Made by a program: the position numbers and the translations under genes
IMG/VR virus record: IMGVR_UViG_3300042429_000905
Location: 1-52,233 of that record
DNA: 52,233 nt
Source: a virus
Taxonomy: Duplodnaviria > Caudoviricetes
Reading direction: 5' to 3' (one strand)
Part shown: piece after piece, positions 33,301 to 40,743 of the stretch
Position numbering within the stretch: position 1 is the stretch's first letter
Layout: the number at the start of each line of letters is the position of its first letter
The notes under the pieces: model-generated
The model's input: the letters and a program-made list of their open reading frames with translations, nothing else
Databases searched by the model: none
What the model was told of the DNA's origin: nothing

Positions 33301-36300
33301 ACCAAAAAGGTGAAATTCAACCCGCCAGTCATGGAGTCGGACGGCGACATGGAAGCGTCCGCAGAAATTAGGAAAGTCCTTCTGCGGGAAGGATTTGACT
33401 CGGTGGTTTATGAAAACATCGCGGAGGGGTCTTCGTCACCTTCAGATTTTTTCAAAATCGAAGCATCAGCCGGAATTCAGCCAACTGCTGCCCTGACCGG
33501 AAAGCCGCCTGAAGGAGTTGTTGTAAAAAAAGACGAGAATGGGGCATGGAACGCATTCAAGGGCGACAAATCGCAGTACGGAAGCCAAGCCAAAAGGACG
33601 AAGGAAGACGTCATACGGATGGCCGAACTTAATGAAATGGAGGATTCTGGAGTCAAGATACTTGAAGATTCAATCGCCGTACTTACTGCTGAACAGGTCA
33701 AATCCGCCGACCCCTTCACCGGCGTCCCGCTCGATCAGCGGTTTAACACCACATCCCCGGACATCCGTTTCTCCCTCGCCCCCGCCGCACCCAATCTTGT
33801 TAGTGTTTACAGAGGAGGAGCATCAAGGTCATCGACGTCTCCGATGGCGTATTATACGACCAGCCCCGACTACGCCAAGACTTACGGAGAAGATGTCGGA
33901 GAAAAGGTAATCGACGATAAGCGCGTATTAGATTTGACCGGGTTAGACACCCGCAGCGTTACGCTGTCATATCTCGTAAAGGAACTTCGCAAAGGTGGCG
34001 TAGAAGTTAGTTCCAGCGATTTCAAACAAGAAGGTGACTACCCACTGTGGTCTCATTTCCAGAGCGTCAGGCAAGGCGACTTTCTTGAAAAACTTAAAGC
34101 CGCCGGGTTTAACGGAGTAAAGTTTATGGAGTACGGCCCTCCGTCTGGGGAGTACGGAGCGCAACAAAAAGCAGAAGCGTACCTGTTGGATAAAGCTGAC
34201 ATTGCCACTCCAGACATCCGCTTCTCCCTCGCCCCCGCCGTCACCAAGCCTTCCAACGTGGCTCGCAACCAAGCGGGCACGCGGGTGCGCGTGCTGATGG
34301 AAAACCAGACCTACGAGGGGCAGACCATGGACGATGCCAGAGACCAAGCGCTCTCGCTTTACAACGACAACGTGGACAAGGGTTTTACAGTGGCCCAGCA
34401 CATGGCGTTCATTCAGGACTTGCGGACCAACGCCGGACGCAAGTACCAAGACATGACCTACGGCGCTTACGGCGGCATGTACGTGAGGGATTTGATGGAC
34501 GAGTCCACCAACCCTGAGACTGACCCAATGTCCCAAGCGTTCGCCAAGCGCGAGGCCGACCGGGTCGCCGCCATGATGGCAGAAGAAGCCGCCATTGGTG
34601 GTCGTCAAGCCAAGGCGTTTGACCTCTACGACCGCATTGCCAACACCCCCGCGATGACGGTGCGGCAGTACGAGCAACTGCTGCCCTTCGACGGCAAGCA
34701 GAACGTCAAGAACGACTTCGACAAAGCCGCCACGACCGTCAGAGAGGAGATGGAGGGTCTAGGCAACGAGGCGATCAACACCGCCCCCGAGGACGCCATG
34801 ACGTCCATGCTCGGCCAGCGGGTAGCCGCCGTGGTGAGGGGGGAAGAAACCTCCAACGTCGGCGAGGTGGTCCTCGACGAGGTCAAACCTGCCGAGACGA
34901 TGGAGGATCTCCCGGCGTGGTTTTTGGAGGGGCAAGCTACCCTCGGAGCAGAACTGAGCGCCGACATCGACGAAATCACTACTTTACTCGCGTTTAAAGC
35001 CTACCTGAAACGCAAGGACGGGACTTACTCGCTCACCCCGGAGGAGCGCAGCGCCCAACTTGCGGCCATGATCAAACAGATGGAGGACAGCGGTCAGACC
35101 GTTGCCGACGCCGTCGCCGCCACCGACAAGCGCCTCGCCGAGTTGACCGGCAAGTTCAAAAAGCCTCAACCAAAAGCCAAACCGAAAGCTGCACCGATCC
35201 CGAAAGAGGCTCCTCCCGAGGGGGAAATCCAAGACATCGTCGCCGCCCGGATCAACCGCTTGCTCGACAAGATCGTCAAGCCATCCACCAGTCCCGCCAA
35301 AACCCGGACGGACAAAGAGATCCTTGTGGACGCCATCGTCTCCACCATGATGTCCAAGGCTGGGCTCCCCGCCGACCTCAAAGCTGGCGGCGACAACGTC
35401 ACCCTCGCCTTCGGCCTCGTGGTGGCCAACCCGCAACTGGCAGCGCAGTCGGTGCAGGCCGTTTACGACCTGCTCCAGTCTGATCCTGCATCTGCCAACA
35501 TCACCAGTTCCGACAAGATCCGTGGGTTCATGCAGATGCTGACCGGCCAGTCGTTCGCCGACGGCAAAGCCTACGGCGAGAAGCAACTCAACACGGTGCT
35601 GAAGAACGAACTGAAGCGCCTCAAGATCAGCGTCAACGACGTGGCCATGGACGCCGCTCTGACCGGCAAGACGGTCGAGCAACTGGAAGCCTCGCTGCGT
35701 GATCCTAGCCGCGAACTGAGCAAGGTCCTTTCCCCCGACGCCCTCAACAAGGTCGTGGCCGCAGTGACCGGAGAGTTCCGCAAGAGCGCTGCCGAACGGG
35801 CTGACGGGATTCGCAGCCAGCAGGCGCAGGCCCGCGCCCTTCAGGACATGATCGACGAGAAGAACATGGTCATCGCCGACTTCAAAGCCGCCCGTGCTAA
35901 GAAAAAGAAGGCTGCGGAAGACGCCAAAAAGAAGACCAAGGAGTATGAGGACCTCTGGACACGGCTCAAAAACGGAGAGGACAAAGCTGCCATCCGGCAA
36001 GCCGAGAGCCAAGTCCGTGCCGCGCAGGCTGCGGACATGAAAGCGGAAGCCGACTGGGTAGCCCACCAGTCCGCTGAATCTGAAGCAATCAGCATGGAGG
36101 CGCAACGCTCGTCCCGCGATTTGATGGAGCAACAGAATAAACTCAATGCCACGGACCGCAAATTCCGGCTCGCAATTAACCGCAAAAACCGCAAGGCGAT
36201 GCGCCGCAAGCTGGCCAAGCGTGGCGGGTTTATGATTCCTCTCGACCAATCCGAGGCCGAGGAACTGCTCGACCAGAAGCCCAAGACCGTACTGCAATAC

Positions 36301-38814
36301 CTCGCCCGCGAGTATGGATTCAGCCTTGCAGACATCATCGGCATGGCCCGCGATCAGGACCGCCAGACCACCCTCGAAGCGAAGGTCGGCAATCTCGCTC
36401 AAGCCCTCGGCCTGACTAAAGAGCAGGCCGACAAATTCATGGGGCCGGTCATTGCCGAGGCGATGAAGTACATCTCCGAAGCCCGTAAAAAAGAGGTGTC
36501 CCAGCGCATCAACCGGGTGCTCACGCCTGTCATCGGCAAGAAGAAGACGCAGAAGACCGAGGCCGAGAAGCTCATCAAGCTGGCAGAGATGGGGGGCCTG
36601 ACTGCGGACAACGTGGAGAAACTGCTGCTCAACAGCAAGGACGCCAAGGAGTTCACTGATGAGTTCCGGCAGGAGTTGATCGACCTGATCGCCCAAGCCA
36701 ATGACCCTCACCTGACAGAGGAGACCAGGGACATCATGAAAGGGAAGTTCCTCGACGCGATTTCCGCCGCCCGTGGAATCACCGCCCTCGGCTTGCTGGG
36801 AGAATGGACCATGTCCAACATCTTCATGAGCATCCTATCGACGTTCAAAGTGAACTTCATCTGGGGGTTCATCAAGGCTGCGAGCGACAGTGGTATCTTC
36901 ATCACAATTTCTGGTCCGGCAGCGGCCCGAGCCGACGCTATCGCCAAGGGAGTGACTCCGGCCCCCAGCCTCGCTGTCGCCAAAGTTCTCTTCCGGCAGT
37001 GGCTTCGCGGCTACGCCGTCAACATGCAGCATAACGCCTCCTTCATGTGGTCTGAGGGCAGGGCCAAGGACGAGAGTGACTACACCTCCCAGTTTGCCAA
37101 CACCGGGATGGAACTGTTGTCGCGCATCAAAGACGCGCAGATCCTGTGGTCCAAGGACGGCAAAGCGCTGCCACAGAGCGCACAGAAAGTCGTCAAGGCC
37201 ATGGCGGCGTTCGGCAAATACACCCGCCGGACCATGGTGGCATCTGACTTGCTCAACCGGACCTCCGCCTACGAAATGTCCAAGGTCCTCGAAGCCGTCA
37301 AGGTGATGCAGGCCAAGGGCGGAGCGGCCAGTACGGCCACCATCCAGCGGGAGATTGACGACGCACTTTACGGCGGCAGTTTCAAGGATGCCTTCGCCAA
37401 GGCTAACAAGCAGGCCGACGACGAGATCGCCGAGAAGAGACTAGGCACGCCTGAGCGTGGCATCCGCGTGGGGCGGATCATGGACGAGATGCTGGGCAAG
37501 AACCTCGGGTTGAACACAAAGCAGATGCAGGAAGTCTTGGAGGACGCCCGCGAGAACGCCAAACGCTGGTCGCTCGCCAACCAGACCGAAGGTATTTTCG
37601 GGGAGGTCAGCAACCTGATGCTGGCGGCTACCCGGAAAATTCCTGCCCTGAAGTTCCTCTTGCCCGCCATCCGGATGCCTATTGCGGCGTTTTCGCAGAC
37701 GCTTGATTGGATGCCTTACGGATTCCTCCGTCTCTACGCCATCAACAAAAATAACAACGAGACCGAGAGCTTTACCAATTATCTCTTAAACAGTAAGAAT
37801 GAGTACGGCAACTGGAACAAGCCCGTGGGCGGAGTCCCTGCCTACCGGAAGACCGACCTCATGGCCAAGGCGTCCATTGGATCGCTGATTATGCTCGGGC
37901 TGTTTATCAAAACGGCTATTAGCTTTGACGAGGACGAGGACGAGGCTGAGTTTTACATCACGGGATTGGGTCCGTCCGATCCAGCGGAGAACAAGGCATG
38001 GCGGGAGAAGGGCAATGCACCGTTCACCTTCCGCTTTAACGGCGGCACCGGCTTCCGCTTCCAAGAGTCCCCGTTCTACGGGATGCTGGCCCCCATCGCC
38101 GCATGGTCCGACGCCAACCGCTACGGCAAACCCGGCGAGGCCGAGTCCGACCGCATAGCCTACGCGATTGGCAAGACGGTCTCGGGCTTCCAAGAAGCGG
38201 TGGTCATGAAGAACCTCTCTGACATTCTGGCGGGTGGCTCGTCCTACTCTGCGGACGGTCAGTTGCGCAACTGGTCCAAAGCCAGTTCCCGGCTGGCGTC
38301 CAACGTCCTGATGCCTCGCCTTGGCGGTGAGATCAACACCATCCTCTACGGACCGCAGGACCAGAAAGCCCTCGGCTGGGGAGGTCGGGCGCTGGCCAAC
38401 GTGCCGTTCGTCCCGTCCTTCAATAACAAACCCGCACAGGATTTCCTCGGGCGCGAGATCCACACCAAGCGGGAAGGGATGCTCGGAGAGATCTATCCGG
38501 CGCTGGCCCACCGGGTTATCGCCCCGTCACTCGACGATCCTATCCTGAACTTCGTCGCCAAGATGAGCCCCAACTTCCTCGCCACCACCCGGCGCTTCAA
38601 AGACGGCACGCGGGTGATGGACAATTACGAGTTCGTCCGCAAATGGAACGCCGCCGCCGGGGTCAAGATCCGCGAGTACCTCACCCCTGAGCGGATGGCG
38701 TCTTACGAGCGGAAGCTGGCCAAGGACAAGCCAGATGCCCAGACCGAGTTTAACGTCGAGATCAACAAGATCAGGACTGCGGCGCTTCGGAAGTTTTCCG
38801 AGGTGCAGTTTTAG
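27343..38814 (+). CDS. Giant polyvalent internal virion protein, 3823 aa (kinase-like, three ART-like, zincin, WCT domain, LRR-like solenoid, helical C-terminus)
   Basis: IGEGSESTVY..VIKV..DLDGAN..VIDAD; LFHSG..GFY; HETTH..EE; GTPWCT; FPALTTVGG repeats; HHFG..KNPL..GFDSVVYEN.AEG; VYRG..YYTTS..YA. Confidence 0.85.
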   Translation: MNWSEVIEKPGFSDLSTSQQDIVRQRWVDEVYMPQAVKAGWNESDMSALRQEQISNYDNGQGYISSFASAAGRGAASTFTSAVQGVGALTGSEAIEQAAREMDTAVTENLTVNPSMGKTNFTGNVLGNVAGFLAPGMAGMRIGRALGAGAELVGGTAAEVAAQTAARAASAQLGGRIAANTTMLASGAGSGAQQADRYGIEGPERMGMVLGNAATEMLSENIFGLGSELNTMSRLAGLGGLGANAARRTGGFLADVGENTVEEIAANVGSNLVASTFAPEGVQTPGILENNVEAGAGGAIGGAFFGGINLMRPLPPVAPRPSEAISAGVAQQAAAANDPEAAAAHPGAKFQPTPAPQVPGAIAFDPTIADPLAPAAGALPPPPGFAETTPAEAFPAALPQGLPAAAAVPGAVPEAFPAAETLPAAPAGALPAAEALPELDISLQAGAYTGDLLQGKEVIGEGSESTVYRDGDSVIKVSEPYNDNSEETFQARVDRAMDIDNLIGDGTLSVEGFYRSKNGTKNPVFRQTFAEGRPATREEIQAYMESRGFQVKEAGTTTDTFVKVSDGVEITASDLDGANVVVGTDGKFHVIDADLVRRPAPTQTAPVTAPAGAVPPVGEPLVAGRFTGVTEAPPTELFHSGELPEGLDSIDPMRTTGAKQGKRGRDFGGFYAGPAETAAKYKGPKNRLAIAPGARAMRVAARGAIERLSLKDRQDLLDQGVDIISGIDIRGLPESVILNKDVILSVELDTQTAPAATPVTAPAGAVPPMTEQAPPVAPQTPAVPPAAPAVASQGATPSDLIDQTGRLTVEGAQSMIEAIQSLGLTTAPFVINNTGVAPGVIAPPVAGSTTPVDGKPVVFLNQERMTLDTPLHETTHLLTPTLFAEQRALYDVGAALLADSPLRQAIVNRYVTEAGMTMTDEQITEEAMVTGLANNGAEWLRAYAGNAKMTRAIKEFLAKVREWFDDLMYSKGFNPNMSLEQFYKKVNRQILAGKLQQRATNAPVQAMSLADIEKLKSPTGIPLAAFASRYAKDIKPADKTLADADRIASEKLNEVNQNPGSLLPTATAQGVREYHTRILIQPDGKTYDPNNLNHADATPEVLAIYQMRQNGSAAAMEQQEADRVNQIRQDDLKKLTDYLKENTDYSPSEAMVMVLAASKYGVRSKKTDDVVTFTAVEITDKNQVMVPVVDGTMVPRLRDKMATGMSMKKALEAAYTDAMDAQVQANRDNRYEGLVKFRQSQNYEDAVALNKACAGTPWCTGASTTTAETHINGGDFYVYFEGGIAQVAFRMDGNDKLAEPPRGNYEGQALNERQAEIADKVLRGGEIPGGQGFLSDRDFISKVKNDLAGMTDDEVFMGMFASRKSENGYGPNARKFPESVKIALEGQYNLRDLRAKGYYMLSDDYPSTAVAVYSLMGRRTFYPNLRLVALDVSNNEGELNLPALTTVGGNVSGNVGDIKFPNLITIGGGMSSNKGSINLPALTTIGGEVSSNEKDINLPALTTVGKSVWFNKGDINLPALTTIGASASFNNGDLNFPELTKVSGSVSNNAGNLNFPTLTTVGGEVARNTKDLNFTALTTVAGGVSINYGDLNFPALITVGDSVNDNNGNLNFPKLTTIRVDVSRNTKDLNFPALTTVGGDVAHNSGIIFPALATVGGGVYRNSWNLDFPSLTTVGEGVYNNDGNLNFLALTTIGGNLTSNLGELNFPSLTTVGEKISRNVNDLNLPKLTTVGTDVSNNEGSLNFPALTTVGGSVYRNEKNLNFPKLTKVGADVSSNTGDLNMPVLATVGGIVSRNTGDLNMPLLETEPVFTGKYAEQTGASQAPDTRFSLAPATPTPQSARHAALEAKHNDGTITPAETAEAQALVDEVAKAAGFITGLNHFSKSTGFTTFEPKKALHIGHHFGPLHQAAAIERQVTRDGRQGKMFNVALSVKNPLRVADGGDSVYKSSEIEFNGVTYYNQGWGYNVADALQAAGKTKAAKEVVQITKKVKFNPPVMESDGDMEASAEIRKVLLREGFDSVVYENIAEGSSSPSDFFKIEASAGIQPTAALTGKPPEGVVVKKDENGAWNAFKGDKSQYGSQAKRTKEDVIRMAELNEMEDSGVKILEDSIAVLTAEQVKSADPFTGVPLDQRFNTTSPDIRFSLAPAAPNLVSVYRGGASRSSTSPMAYYTTSPDYAKTYGEDVGEKVIDDKRVLDLTGLDTRSVTLSYLVKELRKGGVEVSSSDFKQEGDYPLWSHFQSVRQGDFLEKLKAAGFNGVKFMEYGPPSGEYGAQQKAEAYLLDKADIATPDIRFSLAPAVTKPSNVARNQAGTRVRVLMENQTYEGQTMDDARDQALSLYNDNVDKGFTVAQHMAFIQDLRTNAGRKYQDMTYGAYGGMYVRDLMDESTNPETDPMSQAFAKREADRVAAMMAEEAAIGGRQAKAFDLYDRIANTPAMTVRQYEQLLPFDGKQNVKNDFDKAATTVREEMEGLGNEAINTAPEDAMTSMLGQRVAAVVRGEETSNVGEVVLDEVKPAETMEDLPAWFLEGQATLGAELSADIDEITTLLAFKAYLKRKDGTYSLTPEERSAQLAAMIKQMEDSGQTVADAVAATDKRLAELTGKFKKPQPKAKPKAAPIPKEAPPEGEIQDIVAARINRLLDKIVKPSTSPAKTRTDKEILVDAIVSTMMSKAGLPADLKAGGDNVTLAFGLVVANPQLAAQSVQAVYDLLQSDPASANITSSDKIRGFMQMLTGQSFADGKAYGEKQLNTVLKNELKRLKISVNDVAMDAALTGKTVEQLEASLRDPSRELSKVLSPDALNKVVAAVTGEFRKSAAERADGIRSQQAQARALQDMIDEKNMVIADFKAARAKKKKAAEDAKKKTKEYEDLWTRLKNGEDKAAIRQAESQVRAAQAADMKAEADWVAHQSAESEAISMEAQRSSRDLMEQQNKLNATDRKFRLAINRKNRKAMRRKLAKRGGFMIPLDQSEAEELLDQKPKTVLQYLAREYGFSLADIIGMARDQDRQTTLEAKVGNLAQALGLTKEQADKFMGPVIAEAMKYISEARKKEVSQRINRVLTPVIGKKKTQKTEAEKLIKLAEMGGLTADNVEKLLLNSKDAKEFTDEFRQELIDLIAQANDPHLTEETRDIMKGKFLDAISAARGITALGLLGEWTMSNIFMSILSTFKVNFIWGFIKAASDSGIFITISGPAAARADAIAKGVTPAPSLAVAKVLFRQWLRGYAVNMQHNASFMWSEGRAKDESDYTSQFANTGMELLSRIKDAQILWSKDGKALPQSAQKVVKAMAAFGKYTRRTMVASDLLNRTSAYEMSKVLEAVKVMQAKGGAASTATIQREIDDALYGGSFKDAFAKANKQADDEIAEKRLGTPERGIRVGRIMDEMLGKNLGLNTKQMQEVLEDARENAKRWSLANQTEGIFGEVSNLMLAATRKIPALKFLLPAIRMPIAAFSQTLDWMPYGFLRLYAINKNNNETESFTNYLLNSKNEYGNWNKPVGGVPAYRKTDLMAKASIGSLIMLGLFIKTAISFDEDEDEAEFYITGLGPSDPAENKAWREKGNAPFTFRFNGGTGFRFQESPFYGMLAPIAAWSDANRYGKPGEAESDRIAYAIGKTVSGFQEAVVMKNLSDILAGGSSYSADGQLRNWSKASSRLASNVLMPRLGGEINTILYGPQDQKALGWGGRALANVPFVPSFNNKPAQDFLGREIHTKREGMLGEIYPALAHRVIAPSLDDPILNFVAKMSPNFLATTRRFKDGTRVMDNYEFVRKWNAAAGVKIREYLTPERMASYERKLAKDKPDAQTEFNVEINKIRTAALRKFSEVQF
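31606..32754 (+). repeat. 20 tandem ~19-aa (57-nt) LRR-like coding repeats, consensus FPALTTVGGxVxxNxGDLN
   Basis: Counted in the translation. Confidence 0.9.
32812..34239 (+). repeat. Three 30-nt linker repeats (PD(T/I)RFSLAPA) at 32812, 33757 and 34210
   Basis: Invariant TTCTCCCTCGCCCCCGCC in all three copies, in frame. Confidence 0.92.
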
Positions 38815-39103
38815 GCGGCTTGGCCTTCTTCGGCCCGCGCTTGGTCACCTCTCGCGGCGTGACACGCTCGGCTCCCATCGCCCATCCGACCACCAGCCCG
38901 GCGTCGGTGTGGGAGATGGTGAGCGGGTCGCCGTGGAGGCGTCGCCACCGTGAGACGGCAAACTTGACCTTGGCGAGGTCATTTGCTGCGTATGGTGGCT
39001 CAATGCACTCGCCCTCCACGAGCATCTCAAACGGGTACTTGCGGTTCCCCCGGTAATTAGCGGGAGGGCAGTAGACGTATCCGGGTTTGGTGGTGCGGGT
39101 CAT
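38771..39103 (-). CDS. Small basic protein (RKYPFEMLVEGE type), possibly DNA-binding
   Basis: ATGA overlap with the scaffold gene. Confidence 0.6.
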   Translation of the reverse strand: MTRTTKPGYVYCPPANYRGNRKYPFEMLVEGECIEPPYAANDLAKVKFAVSRWRRLHGDPLTISHTDAGLVVGWAMGAERVTPREVTKRGPKKAKPPKTAPRKTSEAPQS

Positions 39104-40473
39104 TGTTTCAGAAGGTGAGCGTATTTACCGTAAGCCCCGAACTCACTGTCCTGACGGACAGGATCGCCGACGCCATCTCCGGAGCCGACGGCACCCGGTT
39201 CGGACTGCATCCGCGTGCGCGAGGCTTCCTCTTCCAGCGCGGCCAGTTTCTTTTTCAGGTCGGCGATCTCGGAGTGCTGTTTTAGCACCAAGGATTTCAA
39301 CACGGGTGCCAGCGGAGCGTTGACGGCACGCTGACCGATCCGGTGCAAGTGAGCCTGCGCCGTCTTGTTGCGGGACTCCAGATCAGACTCGACCAAATCC
39401 AACTGCGGACGGTAGTGTCCGTTCAGGGCGGCTTCGGCCTCCATGTTGGCGTTGAGTTCTTGGAGGAGTTCGGGGTGGGACTCCATCAACTCCATCACCT
39501 TTAGGTTCTGGTTCCCCGGAGTCTTAGCCAGCGCGGCTTTCAAGGTGTCGCCGGTCACGCCGACGCCGGTGTCCTTGAACAGCTTGCGGGTGGTATCGGC
39601 GCGGGATTGGACCACCGAGGAGAACGACTCGCGTTTGTTCTCAATGGCCGCAGCCTGCACGCTGCCGACCTGCTGGCGGGCTGCGATGAAGGGCCGGACC
39701 GATGCCTTCAGGTGTTTGTACACCGGATGGCGGGTTGACAAAACTGGGTACTCCACCCCGTCGATCTCCTTCAAGTCAAAGTTACCGGAAGGGACGCCAA
39801 GCTGGCTGGCGATATTGCTCAAGGCGACGTGCTGGATTTCAGCGCGGCGGGCGGCGTTGATGCCGCTGTTGAACTCAGCCTTCTCCCAGTGGTCCAACAT
39901 GCTGCGAACGACCGAGGACTTCTCAGGCGTCAGGGATGCTGGCTCGAACCGCAGATCCGGCTCGTCGGCATCCGGGTTGCTGATGTCCACGGGGAACAGC
40001 GCCTGCGTGGCCGTCTCAAAGTTAGCCTGCGCGGCCTTTACTTCCGGCAGTTCGTAAACAAGGTCCGGGCTGAAGGCGTCGGCTTCGTTCTTCCACGCCT
40101 CCTCCAGTTCCTTGGCGCGTGCCGCCCGCTGCTCGGCGAGCGTCCGGGTCTCCACCAGTTGGTTCTCCAGTTCTGGCAGCTTGGACTTCAGCGGTTCATG
40201 CTCGGCATAAAGCTCCTCGTACTTCTGCTTCCACTCTTTCTCGGCCAGACGCTTGCGGACGTGCTCCTTGTGAGGGGGTTCAGCGGCAGGGACGGGCGCT
40301 TCGGCCTTGGGAGTTTCTCCCGGCATGGCGGGAGCATCGGCAGGTGGCGGAGTGTCGCCGGAGATGTCCACCCCAAGCTGCGAAGCCAAGGCAGAGTAGT
40401 CACGTTCAACGGGTGGAGGAGAATCTCCGTTGGAGAGTTCCGGTTCAGGGGGGAGTTCGGTATCGAGTGCCAT
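39100..40473 (-). CDS. Probable capsid scaffolding protein
   Basis: Acidic Pro-rich N-terminus, long coiled coils, downstream of the portal. Confidence 0.6.
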   Translation of the reverse strand: MALDTELPPEPELSNGDSPPPVERDYSALASQLGVDISGDTPPPADAPAMPGETPKAEAPVPAAEPPHKEHVRKRLAEKEWKQKYEELYAEHEPLKSKLPELENQLVETRTLAEQRAARAKELEEAWKNEADAFSPDLVYELPEVKAAQANFETATQALFPVDISNPDADEPDLRFEPASLTPEKSSVVRSMLDHWEKAEFNSGINAARRAEIQHVALSNIASQLGVPSGNFDLKEIDGVEYPVLSTRHPVYKHLKASVRPFIAARQQVGSVQAAAIENKRESFSSVVQSRADTTRKLFKDTGVGVTGDTLKAALAKTPGNQNLKVMELMESHPELLQELNANMEAEAALNGHYRPQLDLVESDLESRNKTAQAHLHRIGQRAVNAPLAPVLKSLVLKQHSEIADLKKKLAALEEEASRTRMQSEPGAVGSGDGVGDPVRQDSEFGAYGKYAHLLKQ

Positions 40474-40476
40474 AAA

Positions 40477-40743
40477 TTAGACGGGTGCGTAACCTGAGCG
40501 GAGTTCAGGCTCCTTGGAAGCTGCCTGAAGCGAGGAGGTAACGATGCCCTCAATCTGCGCCAATGCCTTCAGCATCTCGCCGTCGGTCGGGTTGTTCAGG
40601 CGGAAGTAAGCCGCCAGCCGCAGTGTGTAGACACACAGTGGACGTCGGAATTCCGGCTTGAGGGACAGGAGGAACATCTCCGGACTCGCCACAAAGGCGT
40701 CCTCAGAGATTAGCGGGGGCAAAGGCGGCGTTGTCGGCGTCAT
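40477..40743 (-). CDS. Small helical protein between portal and scaffold
   Basis: Typical podovirus gene position. Confidence 0.6.
   Translation of the reverse strand: MTPTTPPLPPLISEDAFVASPEMFLLSLKPEFRRPLCVYTLRLAAYFRLNNPTDGEMLKALAQIEGIVTSSLQAASKEPELRSGYAPV

Noticed and set aside
34984-36711. 575-aa antisense ORF in the giant gene, and similar ones at 40658-41965, 42311-43735 and 19014-19940
   Set aside because: Expected shadow ORFs in GC-rich coding DNA, with no domain signatures, unlike the nested HNH
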